Assembly: GCA_010015585.1 (NCBI GenBank)
Contig: ML975150.1
Origin: Eremomyces bilateralis CBS 781.70
Lineage: Eukaryota
Direction: 5' to 3' (one strand)
Length of the DNA: 20,000 nt
The number at the start of each line of letters is the position of its first letter. Within the stretch, counting starts at the first letter, position 1. The position numbers and the translations under genes are program-made. Below are positions 10,447 to 20,000 of the stretch, piece by piece. Under the pieces are notes generated by a model. That model worked only from the letters and a program-made list of their open reading frames with translations. It was not told the origin of the DNA and did not search any database.

Positions 10447-12609
10447 GATGTCAAATTTGGGGAGGAGTTTCGGATGTTGTGGTACGTGGAAGCAAGGTTA
10501 CACGGTAACGATTGAAGATGCGGAGAGTGAGGCTTCTGGGATGTGATGTCGAGATGACGGCTTCAAGTGCAGGTATATATCGAAAGGAAATTAACACAAG
10601 GAAGGAGCAGATCTCGGAATTTATATTCCCTTCATCACAGCAACCGCTTGGAACCGGCCCTAATAACAGAACTCTAGACCGTCTTGCTGATTCTCCAATT
10701 CTCCCATTCCCCATCTTTTTCCCGGTGCAATCGCAAATTCTTACTTCCGCCGGACCTGTTTATCACCCAGAGAGCTGGGAATAAATTCGACTTTCGAGGC
10801 CAGAGGCACACCCGCTCTGCCAGTCTCCGCTCCACGACAAGGTCGATTGCCGCGACGGCGTATCACCTCGACGGTTGATCGGTCTGCTAATGTATGACAG
10901 GCCAATTGGATGGGCAGAGGGCGCGATTTGGAATTCTTGATTTCCCAATTGGGCGGTCCGTTAGCCTTTTGAGGTTCTAGGGGGGGACTCCGGCGCATTG
11001 TACGTCATGGATTTTGGGGGAGGGGGTGCAGGTTTCGTCCTGCTGCAGATGTTTTATGGTAAGCCAGTCGAACTAGAGTGGGGTGGAACTTGGGATGAAG
11101 TGAGGAAGCACTAGTTAGGAATTGTTAGCAATGCGGCTGAATAGGATCAGATACTGCAGGATTGCGATCATGACAGATTTGTCCTTCAGGAAGAAATACT
11201 TCTACCGACCAAAGTGACGTGGATTTGGACCGTCACAAGGGCGGAGAGACTCGATCACGAAGCTATCGTTGTCCGGCCGAACCGTCACCCACCCAACGAA
11301 TCAGTATGGGGCTTAGGGTGCAGCGCGATAGTGATGGGTAATCCGATTCCTGACATATTAATAAATCGCTCCATTTTCGACAGGCCCCTAAGTTAAATCC
11401 AACATTATTTGCATAGACTTCCAAATGGAATGCTGACATTCCAGGAAGCGACTCGCACGGTTAATCGCACAAACAAACAAGAAGACAATCCCCTTCGACG
11501 GTGGCAAGATAGACCGCTTCGCATCAGGATCTGCAGGGTCAAGCAATTCCAAATATTGTGGTACCTGTATCCGCAGGTCTTTTGCATCTTGCACGGCGTT
11601 CGAGAAGATGAGCGTTCGGCTGGCGAGTAAAATGGCGATGTACAGTGTTTAGGATGCAGGGGGTGGGTAGTCGCGTCGACCGGCAGTCGACTCACAACAA
11701 ACTCCGCTAGACGAATGCAGCTACTCGAACTGCATACTGCATAATTGTTAACTAGTTACGGGGGGGTAAGTAATCCGGGTCTAGCTCGGGGACTTATCAG
11801 CACGGAAGTCAAAGAATATTCCTGCGCTGCGTTTAGTTCTTCACCACCTGGGGTAGAGGAAATTGATACTCCGCTGTGGTGGACGACTCCCTCCCGCGTA
11901 TGGAAAAGGAGAATGGTATCTTTAAGTAATATAAGGTGGGTAACGATCATCGCGGGGTTTCGACGCCCATGATACGCTTCAAGGTCGTCATCAATTTCTT
12001 CCACTTCGGATGCGGAGATATGATAGCGTCCCTAATGTTCGGAGTCGATAATTGATGACCATTGGCCCTTCATGCCGATTAGATGAGTAGCGGAGTATAA
12101 ACGATAAGAGGGAATGCTTGCACGGAGGCAAGATTTGCAGGAACGTCAGAAACATCTTTCGAGAGACAAGAGGGAGGAATGGATTGACTTTATTGATTTA
12201 CCAATGCCCATCAAGGTGGCTGGCTCGGAGCATGTAAGATATCCACCATCGACGTCCATATGAACAGACGCTTCAACCCGAGATGTACACTGAGCGGTCG
12301 AATAATAATTGATATTCACTATTAACAGTGAGGAGAATGGGCAGTTATGTACCAGCTCTTCAGAGATTAGGGGTCAAGTATATAGGGCGAAAAGGACTAT
12401 TAATCATGCCGCCACCACGGCATATCGTCTATCAACTGTCCAATGGCTCAGCACACGCGAGTTGGCCTTGGATAAAGGGGAACACTTCTGTTCATTTAGT
12501 CTGAATCAAATTCCCATTCTAACCAGCCAGTTGGTTGCAAGTGTTCTTGTTTGGACCACATATTTCATGACATCATCACGGCATCGTTCATGGCTCCATT
12601 TCTAGTCCG

Positions 12610-13337
12610 TCATGACGAGAGAGGGGGAAACGGACGAAGGAAATGGGATGGGCATTCATAGCCTCCAGGATTCTGCTTCCAGTTAGTATCCTTGTGTGTC
12701 CTGCAGAAACGGCGATCAACGCACCTTGTCCAAGTAGAGCTGATGATACGTCTCGGCATCCCACCATTGACCAGCGGGCAGGATTTCCGTGACCACTTTG
12801 CCCTTCTTCCACCATTCCTGCTGCACCTTGTCGGTGACCTCCTTTGCGATCTTCTCCTGCTCCTCGTCATGGAAGAAGATACCGCTCCGATATTGGGAGC
12901 CGGTGTCCGGTCCCTGCCTGTCCTTCGTGGTGGGATCGTGCATGCGGTAGAGGAACTCGATCAACTCCCGGTATTTGAGCTTCTCGGGGTCGTAGATAAC
13001 TTGTAGAGCTTCGGCGTCTGGATGCATCATGTCAGCGGCTTTCTGGCTTCTGGACTTCGCCATGCAACTTACGTCCTGTTCGGCCTGTACATACTGCTCG
13101 GTAGCTAGGGTTCTGTGTATCGCCTCCAATATATCCAACCCTCGCATCGATCAGGCCCTTTCCATCGAAGGCTTTGCGGTACATGTGCTCAACGCCCCAG
13201 AAGCATCCTGCAGCAATGGTTGCCTTCGCCGCGCCCTCCGGCAATGTTGCTGATGACCCCTCGGGACCGAAGGCCATCGTGGTCGAAGAGAACGGACGAA
13301 GGAATTTGGAGAATAGACCCGACGGCATGGGAGACAT
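12610..13337 (-). CDS. msrA: Peptide methionine (S)-sulfoxide reductase MsrA, ~206 aa, 3 exons: 13337-13073, 13017-12725, 12672-12610
   Basis: The active site AAGCFWGVE is present, along with VGYIGG, NPSYRAVCTGRTG/HAEA, HDPTT, RQGPDTGSQYRSGIF, AETYHQLYLDK/NPGGYEC. Introns are 13072-13018 and 12724-12673. The start is uncertain: in-frame ATGs occur at 13337, 13328 and 13277. Confidence 0.96.
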
Positions 13338-13678
13338 GAAGGGTAGAAGAACCGCAACGATGATTACCAGTATATATGGAAGGGGAATGGAGCGGAGGAG
13401 ATCCAGTGTTTCTGAGCCGGTTGCTTGGAAATGAAGTTGTCTGGAGTCTGGACCAGCCGAAGTTTTATAGTATCTGTTGAAAGAAGAACTCAAATCATGC
13501 CTTAGTTCACTAACCGATTCGCGTCATCGAGCGGAGGAATTGTCAATTGACAAATCGTACGGAGTCTGTCGGCAATGCCCTCGCATTACTGATCACATCA
13601 AAGACAGCGGGGCCGGAGAGAGGATGTCATCGTGGCAGGGCAGAGCGATTCAACTGCGCCACTTGATATTGACAAGCT

Positions 13679-13740
13679 TCACGTGATCTCAAAGTTTTTC
13701 TGGCGGGCTGTAAATGCCTAAACTGCAGACAGTCACGTGA
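13679..13740. promoter_or_regulatory. Pair of TCACGTGA E-boxes (Cbf1/SREBP-type bHLH sites) upstream of msrA
   Basis: TCACGTGA occurs at 13679-13686 and 13733-13740. Both fit RTCACGTG (one on each strand) and lie about 340-400 bp upstream of the msrA ATG. Function is not demonstrated. Confidence 0.4.
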
Positions 13741-15965
13741 AATTGGCTTTCTCCCATCCTTCCAAATTCCAATCCTTCATCTTCCTCCGACAAGCGTTCC
13801 CCCTGCAGATATGCCAGCAATGCGGAGTCAAAACCCAGATTCCGGTCTGAGTATGTCGGATTATTGCATGGCGATGCACCGGCCCGCCTACCCTTTATCC
13901 TTTTGGCCGCCTCTTACCTGCACGGGACGGTTGTAGGCTTCGTGTTATCTCGCTTGCCACCTGGAATGCTGGATGGAAGAGGAAAAGGGGCATTCGAACG
14001 CCTTTATCAAGATGCTGTTACCCACATCTCCATCGTAGATCTTTCGCAAATCTTGATCTTCCTTTTGAACCACGGAGCGCATGAATTTCGCTATACATCT
14101 ATACTGCCTCGTCTAAACTACATCATCCGGATTCGACCCGACTGCCCGATATTTGCGTGGATTTGATTTCCTTCATATCGTTCCCCGGTTGGGCGTGTCC
14201 CGTCCATATTGGGGAGGGCTCTCCGGCTCAAACTTGCGACCGCATCGTTATTGGATGTTCGCGACGTGACAATGTTCGCAATCTTTCCTCTCATTCCTAG
14301 ATGAGCAAGATTTCGTTTCGTTTTCATTATTGCCATGTTCTTCCGGTTTGCGAATGACTGCCAACTCGGTGCCAAGGGCAGGCATCACTCGCCTGGTCGT
14401 TCGGCACTCGTGGTCCACCGTTCGTTGATCGGTTTCAGCACTTGTGCTTCAATTTACCCTATGTCGGTGGCGGCTTCACATTATCCTCCTTGACTTATTA
14501 TGGATCTGATTAAGGGCCAGCATTGCAAGATACGAGGCGCAACACCAATGCGACATTGCTGCCGCTGAGTGATTGCACGGTGGCTGCCGAACTGGCCGGA
14601 CCTCACCGTCATTGAGGTGGTATTCATTCATATCCGAGTCGACAAACCTTTCCCGTCTAGGATGATGCCGCGGACAAGCCAGGAAATCAAACGTGATTGT
14701 TTGAATCTGTCAGCTGGCACTTTAGCTGGCACTATTTTTGGGCTGATGTCGTTGAGTTCCCGGTGAGGCTGTCGTTGCTGCTTCGCGGAGCTTTAGCCGA
14801 GAACCAAGTTCTCACGATGTCAACAATCACAATGCCTGCCTTCGTCCATCAATAGGATCTTTTCAGTCTTCATTACGCAAATTCTGTATTTCCTTAGAGT
14901 TGTTGCAATAACAGAAGCACGCCACAGGCCGATCTCTTGGTCGAGACCAGAAAAATGTGGTCATGTTCCTGACAGGGTTTCCCTGTCTTCTGTATATCAT
15001 TTTCCATTTACATATATTGACAGTACCTGCGTCTCGACCAACCTCACCAGCGTTTCGTTCTCATAAGTTGCTTTCTCATCTATGTTTTAATATCTTCTTG
15101 ATTATTTCACCACTGTTCACAAATGAGGACCACCCTTCATATGGAGAATCTTGATGCTATTGCAACCCTCTCCGTGACTCCACTGGATGTCGTCGCCCGG
15201 TTTTCCGTCGTCAATCCCCGCTTTCGGTCTATTTTCAACTCACTACGCGCAAATAACTCTAGTGTTCCATTTGTATATTCCCATGCAACTGGTCATGGAG
15301 CGCCGTGATGCCAAATTTTACTCACGTTGTCTCTCCAGCCTGATCGAAACCCGGGGATCCGTGGACGCCATGCTCCACACTCATTTGTTTCGACCGAGAC
15401 CGAACGCTTCAGCCGTGGTGCTCCAGTCTCCTCGGCAGCTATGTTTAGCATCGTGAACAGGCTGTTTCCCACACTTCACTCTCGCCGATATTGAGGCAAC
15501 AAGAAGCCGACTAGACCCGGAATTGTATTGCTGGGCATCTGACATGGGAACGAATTTCCTCTGGTTGAGAACGCCGGTCGAGAATGCCGGTCGTTGAGCT
15601 CACGACGTTCCTCAAACTTGTTGCATCGCCACTGGTCGACAAAGAAATTCCCCGAAGCCGCGGCTCCACGGTCGGATCGTGAACGGAAGCAAAGTTTATC
15701 GTGTTCTAGGCCGGTGGCGCATCAGGCATTCGTGCTGTCGCGAGATCTCCGTCATGGTTTGACAGATACGGTCATGCAGGGGTGTTCGCCCGTTCCTCGC
15801 ACACCATCAATCTCTACGGTCCGCAAACCATATCATTATTGCATATTGCATGGCCTGGGGTCCGTGGCATCAATTTAGACCTCTCGACATGGCCGCTCAA
15901 TCCAGGCCAGGTTTGCGGAAATTGACATTGACCACGGGATAGTCTTGCAAATTGCGTCGACTGAC

Positions 15966-15973
15966 TATATAAA
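15966..15973 (+). promoter_or_regulatory. Probable TATA box of the DUF4360 gene
   Basis: TATATAAA lies about 110 bp upstream of ATG 16082 and is followed by a CT-rich leader and a strong CACCATG start context. Confidence 0.6.
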
Positions 15974-16081
15974 CGCCGCTCACGAACGTTCTGTTGCTGA
16001 ATCTTTATCCTCTCCTTCTGACAGCCTCCAAGAGAACACACTCATTCGGACTAACTAAGTCTTTTCAACTCAACCTTCACC

Positions 16082-16767
16082 ATGAAGACCTCTGCCTTGC
16101 TCGCTATCCTTCCCGCCTTCGTGGCCGCCAGCCCCGTCGTCGTTCCTACCAATGCCGCTGGTCCCGACCCAGGCACCGTCCGCATCCGGGGTGTCACCTA
16201 TGGCGGGTCCGGCTGCCCTCAGGGCAGCATGAGCGCCCAGCTCTCGTCCGATCAGACTCTCGTCACGTTGATCTTCGATGAGTACCAAGCCTCCATCGGC
16301 CCCGACGTTGCCGTCAACGATCAGCGCAAGAACTGCCAGCTGAACTTCGCCCTCACTTACCCCGGCGGCTTCCAGTACTCCGTCTTCAGCGCCGATTATC
16401 GCGGATACGCTGATCTCGATGCCGGTGTCAGCGGCACCCTGAAGTCCACCTACTACTTCTCCGGCCAGCCGACTCAGGTACACTTAAACTCGGCTAAATC
16501 CGTCTCATCTTATGCAGTACTAACGATCCCCAGACTTCCACTGAGACCATCTTCACCGGCCCCCTCAACGGAGACTACCTGAAGAGCGACGAGGTCGATC
16601 AGGTCTCCCTGGTCTGGTCTCCTTGCGGAGCCGAGGGCCTGCTCAACATCAACTCCCAAGTCCGCCTTACCTCCAGCAACCGCAACGCCAAGGGTCTGCT
16701 CACCACCGATTCCATCGATGCCAAGTTTGAACAGAAGGTTCGCGTCCGATGGCGAACTTGCAAGTAA
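16082..16767 (+). CDS. Secreted DUF4360-family protein, short isoform ~209 aa (exons 16082-16477, 16534-16767); can be extended by splicing to exon 16924-17226
   Basis: Signal peptide MKTSALLAILPAFVAA, then typical family motifs YGGSGCPQG, TLIFDEY, RKNCQLN, YPGGFQYS, ADYRG, YYFSG, VWSPCG, LNINSQVRL, W..C. Intron 16478-16533 is GTACAC..CTAAC..CAG. Strong C-ending codon bias suggests high expression. Confidence 0.9.
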
Positions 16768-16923
16768 GCGCTCCCGGGGGCGCCTTCACCGGGCCCTGTG
16801 CCTCTTTTCTTTCTTTCTGTGGGTTCCCCATCCCCTGGGGTTGATGGTGCCGATCCCACCTCCTCTTGCGCCTTGATCGTCTCCTGATCTTTACAGAGTA
16901 GATGGCTGACTCTTTGTCTATAG

Positions 16924-17226
16924 CGGTGGTGGCAATGACGGCGGCAACAATGGCGGCAATAATGGCGGCAACAACGGCGGCAACAACGGCGGCAACAACG
17001 GCGGCAACAACGGNNNNNNNNNNNNNNNNNNNNNNNNNNNNNNNNNNNNNNNNNNNNNNNNNNNNNNAACAATGGCGGTGGTCGCCCCGGTGGAAATAAC
17101 GGCGGCAACAACGGTGGATGGCGGCCGGGTCGTGGGAACACTGGAGACCGAGGAAACCTGCCAGGGTCTGTCGTGTCCGGATCGACCGGCGGCGCGCGAA
17201 CTGGCGTGACAATCGGCGGGAACTAA
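16924..17226 (+). CDS. Putative terminal exon of the DUF4360 gene encoding a Gly/Asn-rich (GGNN)n tail
   Basis: Donor GTAAGC at 16764, branch GCTGAC at 16905-16910 and acceptor TAG at 16921-16923 give an in-phase join (AA+C = Asn). It reads GGGNDGGNNGGNN...[gap]...NNGGGRPGGNNGGNNGGWRPGRGNTGDRGNLPGSVVSGSTGGARTGVTIGGN-stop (TAA 17224-17226). Frame across the N gap cannot be verified. Confidence 0.72.
16929..17115 (+). repeat. 12-bp tandem repeat GGCGGCAACAAC (coding GGNN), interrupted by an assembly gap
   Basis: About 7 units precede the gap and further degenerate units follow it. Variation is mostly at synonymous positions of the GGNN frame (AAC/AAT, GGC/GGT/GGA). Confidence 0.92.
17014..17067. 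other. Assembly gap (54 N) within the GGNN repeat
   Basis: Run of N. The flanking GGNN frames are offset, so the gap length is probably an estimate; 52 bp would preserve the 12-bp period. Confidence 0.95.
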
Positions 17227-19700
17227 CTTCTCCCCTCCCTTCCCCCCGCTTTTGGCCTAGTTTCCAACATCTATAGTTTTCACGTTTGCTGGACCCCAGT
17301 TCCTACTGTTGTCCTTGCTAGCATTGCATGAGAGAGGGAGTTCCTTCATCGAATAGGGGGCACATGGCTTGGTGATGGATTGTATGAACTTAACTGTCGA
17401 TATTCCTTTCTAAAATCTATCGCATACACCAAACTGAGCCTCATGATTTGCTGTGAACAATGGTCCTTTCGTCTCGAAAGATCAAGAATCAACACTTGAC
17501 TTGCTTTAGCTGAATCGATATGAATCTCGGTTTACCTGGGTCGGGGCTTGGAGAGGTTCAGGGACGGAACCTCATCTCGTACTGACTTGATATGGCCATC
17601 ACCACTTACGAATTTTAACGACGCGAGAGCCGTGACCTGACCTCAGCCCACTGGAATGACATTCAAACGATGTTACCAGGCCTTCATTTAACACCGGTTT
17701 AATTATATTGTTTAATATATATACCCTGGTAGCTTCTCCCGCTGCCGACCCCTAATCTGATCGAATTGTGTTTTAGGGCAGGGCAAGAATCAAGTTGGAC
17801 TGCCTTATATATACACGACGTTATTATTAGGGACCTGTTTTGTCTTGTGACAGCTCAAGTAGAACGGCTGGGCAACAAGCCACACGGATGAACACTGAAC
17901 CGACTGAACCACCACACTCAAATGGATCAACAGGGGTGGCTTGTACTAGATCTCACCAGACCAGGCAATAATCAGAAAGCTCGCAAGCAATTTGGGTTTT
18001 TCATACTGTATGTACGGCACTTACCATCTTCATGCATGAATGTACTTTAAGATGACTTTGGCGATCTGATGGAAGAGTCAATCTTGCGACAATAGCCATG
18101 CGTGATCTAAATATGCGAAGTTGGGTCCTCTTCAGGCCCCCCTTCTGAGGAGCAACATGCATTATCCCACCACTTGCTCTTCACAAGTTATGGACTTCCA
18201 AATGATCAGTCCTTCATTTCGGACAGAGGGGGAACGTCCTCAAGAAGGTATACCAAGATCGGAGTTAACTGAGTTGAGAGATATCCAGGCTACTCTGCAG
18301 GCAGTGTACATAGTATGCATCAGATCTGGAGGAAACATGTCCCCACTGTTACATAAACGCAACCGGGTTATTTAACTACCGATCCTGTCCTCGGCCGTTT
18401 ACTCTTCCTCAAGCCCGAGGATCAATCTGAAAATCGAGTATGTCGTCGTGGATTGCTGAGTTACCAAATCTCTGTCCTGGGCGCTGGGTGCCTAATGTCC
18501 AGACAGGTGCAGTCTCACTGTTCACCCCTGCAGCCCATTCACACTCCTTCTCGCGCCTATCGCTTGGGAGCAGAAGCAGCCAATTTTGTAGAGGTAAAAG
18601 CTGTTTTCATTGGGTCTTGCCCTCACGAAATGGATGGACTTGCTCCGTCGTCCTTGTTTTATTCAGGTTGATGTGGCCCTATGTTCAGAAAGTAGAACTT
18701 TTGATAATGTATACTCAAACGGTGAGCTGGAACTTTGCGCTTTACTCCTCTTCGGTTACTTTGTCATCTCCCATCTGCATTTCAGTCGACGGGAATGCCT
18801 ACTATTCCCCTTCGCCATCTTCCTGCCTTCAACTCGTTCCTTATGGCTACAGCACCGCGATATTAATGCGCTCTTGCTACGTACTACTCGCTTTTTCCTG
18901 TGTAGAACCAATCTCAGGTCTCATATGTAATCTCTCTCCATGAGTCCAGCATGGACACTCGCAGGCTGCTGCGGCTCTCTTGATCTCCACCTGTGGAAAA
19001 AGCTCAAGTTTCGACATATACCCAGGCCAAAATCTTTGCCAATTGGTACGCAGCCGGGCACTGTAGCGTTGCATTGATTGCGTCCGTCCTGTTCATATTT
19101 GCCAAGCTTGGTGCCGTTTGGGACTTTGGGTGTGTTGTGATTTCAAACATTAATAATATGTATCGATATAGTACTCCGTATTTTCGAAAGACTTCGCGGA
19201 CTAAAATAGTTCAGCTCTAGTACATAAGAGGTTTGCTTTCCACTAGTTACCTCAGTTTTGTAGACTAGAATGTTTCAAAGAGGGTACTTATCATGAACAT
19301 ACAAAGCCAAAGAAATCAGATTATCACTAATTCACAGAATCTGAGTTGGTCATTGAAGCCACGACATGCTAACGAAGACAGCAGAAGCCTGAGAGGAAAG
19401 CCGTGTTCGAAGTTGAAGGTACGCTGGACAAGTAGAGGATGCCGTTGCAGAGACTTGCTCAACATGAAAATGCTTCGAAGCATTTGGTGTGTAGATGAGC
19501 GAAGGAAAGAGGTCCAATGGCCAGAGGAAAATGGGAACGAAGCAGGAATCCCCTCCGCAAATGTCACCACCTCTGTCAGCCACGGACCTTGAAAACACTC
19601 CAAAGGGATGTTTCCCAGACGGTCCATTTGATATGGCGAAGTTGGCGGATCAGTAATCCCTCACACAGTTCGATTTCGGGTTCCTTGATGTAGGAAAAGC

Positions 19701-20000
19701 TTAGGTAAAATTTAAAAAAAAACTTGTATTTCGTGGACCGACGGGGCTGGTGAGATTTTCCCACCAGCTCTTGCTGGGCGTCGACTTTCCAAAATCGTAC
19801 TGGATCACCCCGCCATGGCCATTCCCCGGTTGGCTAACAACAACGTCTCCGAGCCGGATGTCTGCTTGTTTGTCCGGAACGCCGCCTCCGATCCCTACCA
19901 TCATTCCAAACCGAATGGCTGGGAAGGTTGACTTCATTTGCATGGCAACTGCCGTGGCGGAGGCGACGCCCATGAAACCCGCAGGCAGGCAGGCAAGAAC
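19701..20000 (-). pseudogene. Partial PNP_UDP_1 nucleoside phosphorylase domain of the fungal NLR N-terminal effector type; 5' end is outside the window and it appears truncated after KSTPS
   Basis: The frame reads VLACLPAGFMGVASATAVAMQMKSTFPAIRFGMMVGIGGGVP..DIRLGDVVVSQP..GGVIQYDFGK, a hallmark of this family. After about 19773 it turns into non-family sequence and stops at 19701-19703. The domain call is confident; pseudogene status is less so. Confidence 0.65.

Noticed and set aside
985..13337. MFS + amidase + GFA + MsrA as a secondary-metabolite or detoxification gene cluster
   Set aside because: No backbone enzyme (PKS/NRPS/terpene synthase) or transcription factor is present in the window, and the functions do not form an evident pathway. 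Synteny or co-expression data would be needed.
13864..15900. Scattered 60-100 aa ORFs in the msrA-DUF4360 divergent interval
   Set aside because: No family similarity or consistent exon chain. A long upstream region is common for regulated secreted-protein genes.
16929..17115. Repeat array as a CRISPR or telomere-like element
   Set aside because: It consists of head-to-tail 12-mers with no unique spacers, in a eukaryotic context, and is not TTAGGG-like.
16599..17212. ORF-track proteins with RRCC, VVAA or AATT repeats (16599-17141 -, 16700-17212 -, 16902-17099 +)
   Set aside because: These are alternative-frame shadows of the 12-bp repeat. Synonymous variation and splice signals fit only the GGNN frame.

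Overview
Intron-containing eukaryotic DNA from a filamentous ascomycete (inferred from short GT..AG introns, mostly 47-88 bp, with CTRAC/CTRAY branch points, and from typical Pezizomycotina gene families). Seven complete spliced genes can be rebuilt by hand: a DHA2/ATR1-like MFS transporter (+), a GH43 endo-1,5-alpha-L-arabinanase (-), an uncharacterised secreted His/Met-rich protein (-), an amidase-signature enzyme (+), a GFA/Mss4-like zinc protein (-), methionine sulfoxide reductase MsrA (-) and a secreted DUF4360 protein (+). An apparently broken PNP_UDP_1 (NLR-effector type) fragment lies at the right edge. Two observations stand out. (1) The secreted protein at 5180-6625 has HH / M / HxH / M residues spaced like the two copper sites of PHM/dopamine beta-monooxygenase, with a natural His-to-Met swap and a His-rich loop. 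(2) The DUF4360 stop codon overlaps a consensus splice donor, so splicing would add a ~100 aa (GGNN)n low-complexity tail, giving up to three C-terminal isoforms. No RNA genes, CRISPR arrays or recognisable transposons were seen. Family assignments come from motif recognition only; no searches were run.
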